A stretch of 58,539 nt of DNA from Alphaproteobacteria bacterium (lineage in GTDB: Bacteria; Pseudomonadota; Alphaproteobacteria; Rs-D84): NCBI GenBank assembly GCA_017471805.1, contig JAFURS010000040.1, forward strand, positions 1 to 58,539, given 5' to 3'. Position 1 is the stretch's first letter. Every line of letters starts with the position of its first letter. Below, piece after piece: positions 38,069-48,359 of the stretch. The notes under the pieces are model-generated. The model did not search any database, was not told the DNA's origin, and was given only the letters and a program-made list of their open reading frames with translations. Both the position numbers and the translations under genes were made by a program.

Positions 38069-38902
38069 ATGACCAAACGAATTGCTGCAATAACGATGGC
38101 CCGAAACGACGAATTCTTTTTATCCCGTTGGATAAAGTATTACGGCGACCAAATTGGAACTGAAAATTTATATATCTACCTTGACGGCACCGACCAAGAC
38201 ATCCCTGAAAATTCTGGTTCTGCCCACATAACAAAATTACCCCACACCGATATGTCACGCAGCACTGGCGACAAATACCGTATCGGCCTGATGTCTGATT
38301 TAGCAGAAAAATTATTTGCCAATGGATACGACATTGTAATCGGTTGTGACTGTGATGAATTTTTAATTGTTGACCCTGCGCTGAACACAACACTGTCTGA
38401 GTATTTATCAACCCGAAAAATAAAAACAACATTATCCGGATTGGGATTGGACATTGGTCAGCATCTTAAAAAAGAACAGACACTTGACACATCCAAACCA
38501 TTTTTATCCCAACGTTCATATGCCCTGTTATCCACACGCTATACCAAGCCTGTTGTAATAAATCGTCCTGTCCGTTGGGGCAGTGGCTTTCACAGCATAA
38601 ACGGCCACAACTTTCACATTGACCCAAATTTATATTTATTACACTTTGGTGCTGTTGATATGGATATGCTTGTGACCAAGGCCGCCAACCGTGGTCCCGA
38701 TTGGGTTAACCACCTAAAACGTCGTGGCAACGGCACAATTAACGCCGTCACAGACCGCCACCCCCGTGATGAAAAATGGTTAAAAATTGCCCGCATTATG
38801 CAACGTATATTCCGTCCTATTTATGCACTGGATAAACCTGGTATGTTGGGACTAAAACCCGTTGTAAAAATACCACAACGTTTTATTAAATCAGGGATAT
38901 AA
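38069..38902 (+). CDS. GT-A fold glycosyltransferase (GT2-like)
   Basis: TMARNDEFFL..WIKYY, DCDEFL, WGSGFH motifs. Confidence 0.82.
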   Translation: MTKRIAAITMARNDEFFLSRWIKYYGDQIGTENLYIYLDGTDQDIPENSGSAHITKLPHTDMSRSTGDKYRIGLMSDLAEKLFANGYDIVIGCDCDEFLIVDPALNTTLSEYLSTRKIKTTLSGLGLDIGQHLKKEQTLDTSKPFLSQRSYALLSTRYTKPVVINRPVRWGSGFHSINGHNFHIDPNLYLLHFGAVDMDMLVTKAANRGPDWVNHLKRRGNGTINAVTDRHPRDEKWLKIARIMQRIFRPIYALDKPGMLGLKPVVKIPQRFIKSGI

Positions 38903-38905
38903 AAT

Positions 38906-39913
38906 ATGCACGAAAAAATAGACATTGTCTACCTGTGGGTTGACGATAACGACGACAATTGGCGAACACAAAAAGACAAATGGCTTGAAATTGTCAAGGG
39001 CGAACGTCCTGTATATTCTGATGCCGCCATTGCTGCCCGCTGGCGTGACAATGGCGAATTCAGGTATTCATTGCGCAGTGTTGCCAAATACGCCCCGTGG
39101 GTAAATCATATTTATATCATTACTGGATTTAATCAGGTTCCCAAATGGTTGAACACAAATCACCCAAAAATTACAATTATCCCGCACGAACAAATAATTC
39201 CTGCGGACGCACTGCCAACCTTTAACGCCACAGCGATAGAGATGTGCATTCCAAACATTTCTGAATTATCAGAACGTTTTTTACTGATGAACGACGATAT
39301 GTTTTTCAACCGTCCATTGACACCAGACTTCTTTTACGACGCACAAAATCGTGCCCGTGTTTTATTCAGTAATCATTCCGGCCGCAGCAAAAACATTGGA
39401 GAATGGATGACCCACGTTGATGAATACACCCAAACCCTGATACTGTCCGCCCAACTAATCAACAAGATATTTGACCACGACGTCTATAAATATCGTCCAT
39501 CACACGGCATTGACCCATATTTCAAATCCACCTGGACCGAATGTCGCAATCACCCAATGTTGACTGGTTTAATAGACCGCCAAATTCGCAACAAATTTCG
39601 CACAAATAACGAAATCCAACGTTGGATATTCAACCTGTATGATTTAACCACAGGCCGGGCAAAATTCATACATTCCCGTGCCCGCAAACATTCACGTCAC
39701 AAAATAACCGATTTTATCTATAACACAATATTTACCAGGGCAATAAAGAAATCCCCTGTCTATTGCACAGATGCCCAATCCGCACGCAGTTCATTATTAC
39801 ACGCCCCAACATTTTGCATAAATGATTCACGTGATACAGACGATACGACATTGCAAAACAACGCAAAATTTCTTGCCGAACGTTTTCCTGACAAATGCGA
39901 ATTTGAAAAATAA
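38906..39913 (+). CDS. Stealth-family hexose-1-phosphoryl transferase
   Basis: CR1 IDIVYLWVD, CR2 EFRYSLRS..LPTFN..LMNDD, CR4 FCIND..FPDKCEFEK. Confidence 0.92.
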   Translation: MHEKIDIVYLWVDDNDDNWRTQKDKWLEIVKGERPVYSDAAIAARWRDNGEFRYSLRSVAKYAPWVNHIYIITGFNQVPKWLNTNHPKITIIPHEQIIPADALPTFNATAIEMCIPNISELSERFLLMNDDMFFNRPLTPDFFYDAQNRARVLFSNHSGRSKNIGEWMTHVDEYTQTLILSAQLINKIFDHDVYKYRPSHGIDPYFKSTWTECRNHPMLTGLIDRQIRNKFRTNNEIQRWIFNLYDLTTGRAKFIHSRARKHSRHKITDFIYNTIFTRAIKKSPVYCTDAQSARSSLLHAPTFCINDSRDTDDTTLQNNAKFLAERFPDKCEFEK

Positions 39914-39921
39914 ACACAAAC

Positions 39922-39950
39922 AAGAAATCCCCAAATTGGGGATTTTTATT
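39922..39950. terminator. bidirectional intrinsic terminator
   Basis: aaatcccca-aat-tggggatttt between convergent genes. Confidence 0.8.
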
Positions 39951-40974
39951 CATACTTACACGACTTAATAAAATCACAAATTTTTGCCCGGATTTTTTTT
40001 GCCCACTTTTGCGGTGGCCTGTCCAACGCACCAATTCTTTCCAGATTTTGCAATGCCGCCCTTGCCTGGCCCAGGTCATCATTACTGTCAATGTATTTAA
40101 TTTTACTAAACGCCTTTGCGATGAAATACCATTGAAAATTCCTGGACCACTTTTCCATCTGATACGGCGATGCATTTTCACAATACGCCCGATATGCATC
40201 TTCGATACCAACACACAGACTTTTCATAATCCGCAGTTGCTTTTCCCCTAAAACGATACCACCAAAATTAGGAATATAAAAATACAACGGCAATGGCACA
40301 ATCGTAGTGCGTGGATTACGCAACATAACCCGACTCCACCACGGGAAATCTTCGAACAAGATACCTTTTATAAATGGAATATCTGCAATTAAATCACGCC
40401 GATATAAATTCTTCCACACCTGACAATGCTTAATCAGCCACTTTTTATTTTCTGCATTTGCATTATGTGTTTTTTCAGTCGCATACTGATAAATATCATC
40501 TGTCACACGTGATTTAATTTTTGCCAGATTATATTTTTTATCAAAGCGTCGTGGCACAACATTATCAGTATCCATCCCCAAGAAATGGCGCACCATCAAC
40601 TGTGGCCTGTAAATTCTGTCATATGTGAACGACACAATATCCGACCCATCACGCAACGCAAACGAATATGCAATTTCCATTGTCTGTGGATGAATAAAGT
40701 CATCACTATCCAGATACAAAATATAGTCCCCCGTGGCAACATCCATACCGGCATTTCTTGCATCAGACAGCCCCCCATTTTCCTTGGTCACGATTTTGAA
40801 ACGTCCGTCTATTTTTGCATATTCATCCAAGATTTCCGCACAATTATCAGGACTGCCGTCATTAACACAAATCGCTTCCCAGTCTGAAAAAGTCTGATTT
40901 TTCACACTATCCAAACATCTGCGCAGATATTTTTCTACCTTATAGATTGGAATTATCACAGAAATTGCTGGCAT
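39946..40974 (-). CDS. glycosyltransferase family 2
   Basis: SVIIPIYKVEKYL, NDGSPD, GGLSDARN, DSDD, FED. Start at ATG 40974. Confidence 0.93.
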   Translation of the reverse strand: MPAISVIIPIYKVEKYLRRCLDSVKNQTFSDWEAICVNDGSPDNCAEILDEYAKIDGRFKIVTKENGGLSDARNAGMDVATGDYILYLDSDDFIHPQTMEIAYSFALRDGSDIVSFTYDRIYRPQLMVRHFLGMDTDNVVPRRFDKKYNLAKIKSRVTDDIYQYATEKTHNANAENKKWLIKHCQVWKNLYRRDLIADIPFIKGILFEDFPWWSRVMLRNPRTTIVPLPLYFYIPNFGGIVLGEKQLRIMKSLCVGIEDAYRAYCENASPYQMEKWSRNFQWYFIAKAFSKIKYIDSNDDLGQARAALQNLERIGALDRPPQKWAKKIRAKICDFIKSCKYE

Positions 40975-40988
40975 AACACTATCCCCCA

Positions 40989-41762
40989 TTATCTGAAAAA
41001 GTTAATAATTTTACGCATACGCCACAACCATAACACCTTGTGTTTTTTTGCGAACTGATAGCGATATTGCTTACCGATTTTATATTGCGCCTTGACCTTG
41101 GCGTGATGTTGAGCATCTCGACAATTCAATGCTGAATTTTCATTAAACATATAGTGATAATTTACCCACGGCACACTAACCACTGCATTTGATTTTGCAA
41201 TTGCGTTCAGAACAAACAAAGTATCTTCCTGGGCAATCAGATTTGTATCAAACACCAACTGATTATTTTTAATAAAATCCGCTCTAAACAAATACCGCCA
41301 AACATAAGAATCCGTCAGCGCATACGTCAACCACAACTTATCAACAATCCCCCGCACCAACCTAACATTTTTATAGACAATTGGTTTTGTATATTTGTTA
41401 TCACTAACGAACCCAGACACCGCCATATCGGCCCCCGAATCCAGTGCCAATGTCAGCATTGCCTGAAAATATTCTGGGTCAATCCAATCATCAGCATCCA
41501 GAAAATGAATAAACTGCCCATCTGCATTTTTTATGCCATCATTACGTGCCGCCGACACACCGGCGTTTTGTTTATGAATAACCTTTATTCGTGCATCTTT
41601 CTGGGCATATTCATCCAGTATTGCCGGCGACCTATCTGGACTGCCATCATCTATACAAACCGCCTGCCAATCTTGGAACGTCTGTGCAACCAGACTATCC
41701 AAACATCTGCGCAGATATTTTTCCACCTTATACACAGGAATTATCACAGATACAACCGGCAT
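40989..41762 (-). CDS. glycosyltransferase family 2
   Basis: SVIIPVYKVEKYL, DDGSPD, GVSAARN, DADD, QED. Confidence 0.93.
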   Translation of the reverse strand: MPVVSVIIPVYKVEKYLRRCLDSLVAQTFQDWQAVCIDDGSPDRSPAILDEYAQKDARIKVIHKQNAGVSAARNDGIKNADGQFIHFLDADDWIDPEYFQAMLTLALDSGADMAVSGFVSDNKYTKPIVYKNVRLVRGIVDKLWLTYALTDSYVWRYLFRADFIKNNQLVFDTNLIAQEDTLFVLNAIAKSNAVVSVPWVNYHYMFNENSALNCRDAQHHAKVKAQYKIGKQYRYQFAKKHKVLWLWRMRKIINFFR

Positions 41763-41777
41763 AGAATATCCTTTTTT

Positions 41778-42674
41778 TTACATTTTCAACATTTCTGCTG
41801 CAACGGTCCCCGGCTTTGGATTTTTCGCCTGATGATAGGTTGTTTTTTGAAAGAATGCCCCACTTGTCACCTTGTCAAATTCATCTTTGTTAAAAGGTTT
41901 ATCGTGCCAATCCCACCACAATGCGTGCGTAGGATCTTGGTCAACGTGTGGCATTTTTTCAAAATACTTTTTTGCCCGTGGGTCATTATGAACCATTGTC
42001 TTGAACAATAACTGGTGCATAAAATAATCAAACGGCCCATTTTCGTTTTTCCAGTATTCCAACATCATCGCCCGCCAGGCATCCAACAAATACGCCCCTT
42101 TGCGTGAACGAATAAAACAGTTCTGCATATAACTGTATGGACTGCCGACGTTTTGTCCGGCCATATAAACAAAGAAATCTTCATTTGCAATCCAATCTGG
42201 AATTGGTGCTGTCACGAAACCCGTTGAATCCAACCAATATCCCCCGTGATTATACAGCAATTCGACACGACAAATATCTGCGAAATGTGCGTGTGAAATT
42301 TTACCCGCCTTGCGCTTTTTCATAATTTCCTTTGGCAACGAAATATAATCGAACACCGTCTTTTCATCTAACACCACCAATTCCTGCTTACAGTGTCTGC
42401 GCACACTTCTAAAACAGGCCTTAACTAATTCTGGTGCATTTTCTTCGCCCTGCAACCACAGAGTAAAAATCTTGTCATTTTCATCATTATTTACAACTGG
42501 CCGTTCCTTGATTGCGGCGGCGGCTGGTAAATATCTTTCAAAATATTTTGGGATAACCCGTTCAATCACAGCACTTCGCACGGCCCTTCTGTGTTTTCTG
42601 TCCCGCCAGAACCAATTTAAAATATGCCCTTCTACAACAATCTGCGTCATTGCCCACATACGCTGAAAATTCAT
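41778..42674 (-). CDS. capsular polysaccharide synthesis protein (DXD/GT32-like)
   Basis: LWLQGEENAP, FADICRVELLY..GGYWLDST, DYF..H motifs. Confidence 0.85.
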   Translation of the reverse strand: MNFQRMWAMTQIVVEGHILNWFWRDRKHRRAVRSAVIERVIPKYFERYLPAAAAIKERPVVNNDENDKIFTLWLQGEENAPELVKACFRSVRRHCKQELVVLDEKTVFDYISLPKEIMKKRKAGKISHAHFADICRVELLYNHGGYWLDSTGFVTAPIPDWIANEDFFVYMAGQNVGSPYSYMQNCFIRSRKGAYLLDAWRAMMLEYWKNENGPFDYFMHQLLFKTMVHNDPRAKKYFEKMPHVDQDPTHALWWDWHDKPFNKDEFDKVTSGAFFQKTTYHQAKNPKPGTVAAEMLKM

Positions 42675-42703
42675 AACAAATCCTTTTTTTATTCTAATTT
42701 TAT

Positions 42704-42731
42704 AAAATTACCCCAGCCACAGACTGGGGTA
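42704..42731 (-). terminator. recA terminator
   Basis: taccccag...ctggggta stem with ATTTT tail on the minus strand. Confidence 0.65.
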
Positions 42732-42736
42732 TTATT

Positions 42737-43819
42737 TTATTCATCAACTTCTGTCATTGCATCCTCCTCTTCATCGATTGGACCTGTTGTCATTTCTTCG
42801 GCGATACCGGACGCCCGTGCCATAATCTTATCCAACAAAGCCTGTTGTGCTTCTGGATGGTCCTTTAACCATTGACGTGCATTTGCTTCGCCCTGTCCCA
42901 TACGTTCACTATTATAAGAATAGAAACTGCCGGCTTTTTCAATCAAATCATATTTGACCCCCATATCAAGTATTTCACTAATTCTTGAAATACCTTCACC
43001 ATACATAATTTTGAAATCGACCGTGCGGAATGGTGGCGCAACTTTATTTTTTACCACTTTGACACGTGTTTCATTACCGATAATATTTTCCTTGTCTTTG
43101 ATTTGCCCTGTGCGACGAATATCCAGACGCACCGACGCATAGAACTTTAACGCATTACCACCTGACGTTGTTTCAGGATTACCAAACATCACACCAATTT
43201 TCATACGAATTTGGTTAATAAAGATTAACAATGTATTACTGCGTGAAACAGACCCTGCTAATTTTTTCAAACTCTGACTCATCAAGCGTGCAGTTGTTCC
43301 AACAAAAGAATCGCCGATATTACCTTCTAATTCTGCCTTTGGCACCAGGGCCGCCACACTGTCGATAACCACGACATCAACCGCCCCAGACTTAATCAAA
43401 GTATCTGCGATTTCCAACGCCTGTTCCCCTGAATCAGGCTGTGAAATAATCAGATTTGCAACATCAACGCCCAACTTTTTTGCATAACTTGGGTCCAGCG
43501 CATTTTCTGCGTCTATGTATGCACACGTTCCACCTTTTTTCTGTGATTCTGCAACTGCGTGCAATGCCAACGTTGTTTTACCCGAACTTTCTGGTCCATA
43601 AATTTCAACGATACGTCCCTTTGGATATCCACCAATCCCCAACGCAATATCCAACCCCAAAGACCCCGACGAAATCGCTTCGATATTCTGTTGCGAGCCA
43701 TCACCCATTTTCATAATTGCTTCTTTACCGAATTGCTTTTGAATTTGTGCCAACGCAGATTCCAGTGCTGGATTTTTTGCAGCCAATCCGCTATCTTTCA
43801 CGGCTTCTTTTTTTGCCAT
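42737..43819 (-). CDS. recA: recombinase RecA
   Basis: [43 protein letters not shown]. Confidence 0.99.
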   Translation of the reverse strand: MAKKEAVKDSGLAAKNPALESALAQIQKQFGKEAIMKMGDGSQQNIEAISSGSLGLDIALGIGGYPKGRIVEIYGPESSGKTTLALHAVAESQKKGGTCAYIDAENALDPSYAKKLGVDVANLIISQPDSGEQALEIADTLIKSGAVDVVVIDSVAALVPKAELEGNIGDSFVGTTARLMSQSLKKLAGSVSRSNTLLIFINQIRMKIGVMFGNPETTSGGNALKFYASVRLDIRRTGQIKDKENIIGNETRVKVVKNKVAPPFRTVDFKIMYGEGISRISEILDMGVKYDLIEKAGSFYSYNSERMGQGEANARQWLKDHPEAQQALLDKIMARASGIAEEMTTGPIDEEEDAMTEVDE

Positions 43820-43882
43820 ATTTTTCCCCTTTATTTCTATGGGAAATCATACAAGCAAAGATAGTAAAATGCAATAAATTTG

Positions 43883-45070
43883 TTATCTGGGGCGCACCAA
43901 CAGTATTGCGACACTAAACACCCCGACCACCGCCGTCACGCCCCAGACTGCGGCCGTTGTTCCAAACAAAGCAATAACTGCCGCCCCCAATATTGGCGCA
44001 ATAACATTTGGCAGATTTGAACTGGTGCGGAAAACGCCATAGAATTTGGTTTGCTGTGTCTTTTTTGTCCCATCAAAGAACAACAAATCGTGCACAGATT
44101 CCATCAACGCCCCTGAAATCTGCCACGCAACAAAGATTATCAACAACGGCACGCCTGTCATAAATGTTGCCAACACTGACATCACTGCAAACGACCCGAA
44201 CCCCAACACCAGCCATATTGTCTTACCAAACCTGCGTGCGGCCCGTCCCATTACCTCGCTCAGCAATAAATACGGAATAATTCCCAACGTCAAAACCCAG
44301 CCCAAGACACCTTTATCAAAACCGTTTTCGATTACCAAAATCGGCACATACAGCACCCGCATCGCCCGCAAAGAATAATAACCAAAATTTATCACATACG
44401 CCCGCAACATCCCCGGCAGGCGAAAGAACGCCAGCGTATTTTTCCACAATGCCCGAAACGTCTTGCGTGGGTTGACCGGTTTAATTTTTTTATCCTGTTG
44501 CACTATTCCAAAGAACTTGAACAACCACCAGGCCGCAAAATAAATCACCGCCGACGCAAAGAAGGCCGCCCTGTTATCAAATAACCCTGCAATAAAAACC
44601 GCCACCATTGGCGCAAACAAGGCCCCAACATTTAACCACAAATGATACCGTGCATTCAGTCGTGCCATACCAATATTTTTTGAAAAATCAGACATAAACA
44701 ACGGAATCAGCATACCCGACAAAGTAATCGCAACACCTGTTGTATAATCCAATATAATAAACGTGCGTGGCAGTATAGAAAATCTCATCATCGCATAGCA
44801 CGCCGCCATCATCAGCAACACAAAATAAAAAACCCTTACTTTTGAGAACTGACGAAATATTTCATTTGCAAACAACCCAACCACAAAACAGAACACAGAA
44901 TACAACGCCACATACACACCGACAATTGCGGACGACCGAAAAATTTCCAGCAAAACCAGCGAATAAACCGCATTATAAATACCGTCTGCGAAACCCGTGA
45001 ACAGCCCCAGATTTGCGAACGAAAAACCACTAACATTTTTATTTACTGAAATATACTTATCCTGTGCCAT
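43883..45070 (-). CDS. MFS transporter
   Basis: 395 aa, about 12 hydrophobic helices, motif-A-like GRAARRFGK. Confidence 0.8.
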   Translation of the reverse strand: MAQDKYISVNKNVSGFSFANLGLFTGFADGIYNAVYSLVLLEIFRSSAIVGVYVALYSVFCFVVGLFANEIFRQFSKVRVFYFVLLMMAACYAMMRFSILPRTFIILDYTTGVAITLSGMLIPLFMSDFSKNIGMARLNARYHLWLNVGALFAPMVAVFIAGLFDNRAAFFASAVIYFAAWWLFKFFGIVQQDKKIKPVNPRKTFRALWKNTLAFFRLPGMLRAYVINFGYYSLRAMRVLYVPILVIENGFDKGVLGWVLTLGIIPYLLLSEVMGRAARRFGKTIWLVLGFGSFAVMSVLATFMTGVPLLIIFVAWQISGALMESVHDLLFFDGTKKTQQTKFYGVFRTSSNLPNVIAPILGAAVIALFGTTAAVWGVTAVVGVFSVAILLVRPR

Positions 45071-45126
45071 AGTGATAAATTATATCACAAAAAGCCCAAA
45101 AGACCAAACGCAAGGAATCATATTTT

Positions 45127-45347
45127 AATGAAATTAAATAGAATGATTTAGATGCGGACAGTGCCGTCCCCGCAGTGTCCAATAAGTGACATAAGGGAAC
45201 GACACTGTTCACAGATGAATTACCAACAACTAAATGAAATTAAATAGAATGATTTAGATGCGGACAGCGCCGTCCCCGCAGTGTCCATAAGTGACATAAG
45301 GGGACGGCACTGTTCGCAGATGAATTATTATATTTAATTTAGATTTA
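45127..45347. repeat. tandem pair of RPE-like palindromic elements (106-bp period)
   Basis: Copies start at 45127 and 45233, near-identical over about 95 nt; each an imperfect palindrome. The second ends on the yebC stop codon. Confidence 0.85.
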
Positions 45348-46061
45348 GGCAGCGGCAGTAAATACCTTCTGCACATCATCATTTGCATCCAAAGCATCAA
45401 CCAATTTTTCGATTTTGGCATATGCTTCGTCATCTAAATCCATTGGCATATTTGGCAACCAGGTTAATTCGGCCTGTTCTGGTTCACCAAGTTTATCCGC
45501 CAAAATTTTCTGGGCAGTGATAAAGTCTTCGGGCTTTGTGGTTATGATAAAGCCTTCTTCACTTGTTTCCAGATTGTCGGCATTTGCATCCATAATAATT
45601 TCCATCATTTCGTCTTCGGTTTTACCGATGGATGCAGGATACATAATTTGACCGGCACGTGTGAACATAAATACAACACTGCCTTCTTCACCCATATTAC
45701 CGCCGTTCTTGGCAAAAATATTACGAATTTCAGGAACTGTGCGACGTGGATTATCGGTCAGCGCCTCTACAATAACTGGCACTGCACCTGGACCATAGCC
45801 TTCATAGCGAACTGCTTCGTAATTTTCTGTATTTGAACCAAACGCCTTGTCGATTGCACGTTTGATATTGTCATTTGGCATAGAATTTTTACGGGCTGTT
45901 AAAATTGCCAGGCGCAGACGAGGGTTGTTGTCTGGGTTTTTATCGCCAAGTTTGGCCGCCATTGTAATTTCACGTGCCAATTTTGTAAATAATCCACTGC
46001 GTGCAGCGTCGGCAGCACCTTTCTTGTGTTGGATATTATGCCATTTACTGTGTCCAATCAT
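45345..46061 (-). CDS. yebC: YebC/PmpR family protein
   Basis: GHSKWHNIQHKK, NPRLRLA, YEGYGPG, TDNPRRT, DDVQKVF. Confidence 0.96.
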   Translation of the reverse strand: MIGHSKWHNIQHKKGAADAARSGLFTKLAREITMAAKLGDKNPDNNPRLRLAILTARKNSMPNDNIKRAIDKAFGSNTENYEAVRYEGYGPGAVPVIVEALTDNPRRTVPEIRNIFAKNGGNMGEEGSVVFMFTRAGQIMYPASIGKTEDEMMEIIMDANADNLETSEEGFIITTKPEDFITAQKILADKLGEPEQAELTWLPNMPMDLDDEAYAKIEKLVDALDANDDVQKVFTAAA

Positions 46062-46111
46062 ATTTGACCTTTTTATTTATTTAGATTAAAATTACCCCAA
46101 AAGGATAGCAA

Positions 46112-46702
46112 ATGATTGGGAAATTGCAAGGCATAGTTGACTATATTGGTGACGGATTTGTGATTTTATTGGTAAATGGTGTTGGGTATAAGGTCTATAC
46201 GGCAGAATATTTGACACATAAATCGACAATTGAATTGTGGATTGAAACAGTTGTGCGTGAAGATTCAATTCGCTTGTTTGGGTTCACAAGTCTGGCGGGA
46301 CAAAATTTATTTAATATGCTAACGGGTGTTTCAGGGGTCGGACCAAAGGTTGCATTGGCAATTTTAGGGACGATAAATTCTGATATGTTGATGTCTGCAA
46401 TTGCGACCGGTGACGCCAAGACGATTGCAACAGCACCTGGTGTTGGTAAGAAAATGGCCGAAAAAATCATTGTCGAATTAAAAGGAAAGGTTGGTGGGGT
46501 GTCGGCATCGTTGTTTGCGCCGACCCCAGATACGGTGGGGGCATCGTCGGCATTGCCTGATTTGTTAATGGCATTGGAAGCGTTGGGCTATCGCCGACTG
46601 GATATAATTGAAATGGCGCAGAAGTTGGTAAATCAAAATCCAACCGCAGACGTGTCCAAACTGGTCCCATTGGCGTTAAAGGAAATAAGCGGAAATAAAT
46701 AA
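46112..46702 (+). CDS. ruvA: Holliday junction branch migration protein RuvA
   Basis: MIGKLQG, GVGYKV, VREDSIRLFGF, VSGVGPKVA, PGVGKKMAEKII.ELK, ALEALGY. Confidence 0.97.
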   Translation: MIGKLQGIVDYIGDGFVILLVNGVGYKVYTAEYLTHKSTIELWIETVVREDSIRLFGFTSLAGQNLFNMLTGVSGVGPKVALAILGTINSDMLMSAIATGDAKTIATAPGVGKKMAEKIIVELKGKVGGVSASLFAPTPDTVGASSALPDLLMALEALGYRRLDIIEMAQKLVNQNPTADVSKLVPLALKEISGNK

Positions 46703-46714
46703 GAAGTAAATAAA

Positions 46715-48034
46715 ATGAATAATCACGACACAATTTTTGCATTATCATCTGGCCACGGCAAAGCCGGCGTTGCAGTAATTCGCATATCTGGTAATAATTT
46801 ATCAAGAACGTTTGCCCAATTTATAAAAAAATCTGAATTTCAAAATCGTCACGCATATTTTTGTAATCTGACCGATAGCACAGATGAACTAATCGACCAG
46901 TGTTTGGCAATTTATTTTTCTGCCCCGCACAGTTTTACCGGTCAGGATGTTATCGAATTACATACGCACGGTGCGCCGGCTGTAATAAACAAGGTCTTTG
47001 AATATTTAGCGTCATTGGGAATGCGTATGGCAGAACCTGGCGAATTTTCACGTCGTGCATTTTATAATAACAAAATGGATTTGGCGGATGTCGATGGTCT
47101 GGCGGCTTTATTAGATGCCCAAACCGACCAACAAAGAAAACACGCATTGCGTTCTATGCTTGGTCACGACAGTGAAATTTATAATACCTGGCGTGAACAG
47201 ATGATTGAAATATCAGCCTATGCTGCGGCAATACTAGATTATAATTCAGATGATTTACCATCTAATATTAACGACACAATCTATCGTCACACACAAAAAC
47301 TGTATTCCGAAATTAACAATGCCCTGAATCGATACAAAGCATCACGTGCCATTCGTGGCGGAATAAACATTGCGCTGGTTGGCGAAACAAACGTTGGGAA
47401 ATCATCCATATTTAACTATCTTGTTGGAACCAATCGTGCCATTGTATCTGATATTGCTGGCACAACCCGTGATGTAATATCTGCGACATTGGACCTTGAT
47501 GGGTATATGGTTAATTTGTCTGATACGGCGGGCTTGCGTGAAACAGACGATGAAATAGAATCGATTGGCATAGAAAAAACAAAAGACGAAATAGAAAATG
47601 CAGACATTGTTTTGCGGGTCTATACGCCGGAAAACATACCTTTATACCACATTGACGAATCCAGACTTTCCCCACCCAACAGCATAAACATCATAAACAA
47701 ATGCGATACAATCAGCAAGTGCGACAACGAATTTGGTTTATATGTATCTGCCAAGACGGGTCACGGAATGGACACCCTATTAGAAACATTAAAAAGCAAA
47801 ATACATAATTTATTTGACGCTTCTGAAAACACCCTAACAATCAACAGTCGCACTAAACAATTACTTGAAACCGCCCACCAAGAACTAAGATCCGCACTTG
47901 ATTCCGGGGAAAATTACGATATTTTTGCCGAACACACACGTCGTGCATCTGATGCGATTGGAAAAATCCTTGGCACAATAACAACCAACGAAGTCCTAGA
48001 TAAAACCTTTGGACAATTATGCCTTGGTAAATAA
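46715..48034 (+). CDS. mnmE: tRNA modification GTPase MnmE
   Basis: DTIFALSS, SFTGQD, GETNVGKSS, GTTRD, DTAG, NKCD, C-terminal CLGK. Confidence 0.97.
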   Translation: MNNHDTIFALSSGHGKAGVAVIRISGNNLSRTFAQFIKKSEFQNRHAYFCNLTDSTDELIDQCLAIYFSAPHSFTGQDVIELHTHGAPAVINKVFEYLASLGMRMAEPGEFSRRAFYNNKMDLADVDGLAALLDAQTDQQRKHALRSMLGHDSEIYNTWREQMIEISAYAAAILDYNSDDLPSNINDTIYRHTQKLYSEINNALNRYKASRAIRGGINIALVGETNVGKSSIFNYLVGTNRAIVSDIAGTTRDVISATLDLDGYMVNLSDTAGLRETDDEIESIGIEKTKDEIENADIVLRVYTPENIPLYHIDESRLSPPNSINIINKCDTISKCDNEFGLYVSAKTGHGMDTLLETLKSKIHNLFDASENTLTINSRTKQLLETAHQELRSALDSGENYDIFAEHTRRASDAIGKILGTITTNEVLDKTFGQLCLGK

Positions 48035-48064
48035 CCCCACCCCAGACAAGATACTATTATAATT

Positions 48065-48307
48065 TTATCTCAGTGGTGGGAAACAATCGCCACCAATTTC
48101 TGGGCAACAGTTAAACCCTAAATCTGCCATATCGGTATAAACCTCGCCTGGGCAACAACCGTATTTATCGGGATGCGCCCCACCATCACACATTGGCATA
48201 TCACTTGGCGTCAATGCATCACGACTGGCATAGGTCCACATACCCAACAAAAAACCAACCACAAATGCAATTACCACGTATAAACACGAACAAAGATTCT
48301 TTTTCAT
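48065..48307 (-). CDS. small membrane-anchored protein with 6-Cys C-terminal module
   Basis: AAAGGA SD before ATG 48307; one TM; C-x10-CC-x14-CC-x6-C-FPPLR. Confidence 0.8.
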   Translation of the reverse strand: MKKNLCSCLYVVIAFVVGFLLGMWTYASRDALTPSDMPMCDGGAHPDKYGCCPGEVYTDMADLGFNCCPEIGGDCFPPLR

Positions 48308-48359
48308 ACAGATTCCTTTTTCAGCCATTGCCAAGCACCCTTATATAACATATTAAATC

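Noticed and set aside
45127-45347. CRISPR array
   Set aside because: Only two long (about 95 nt) palindromic copies, no unique spacers, no cas genes.
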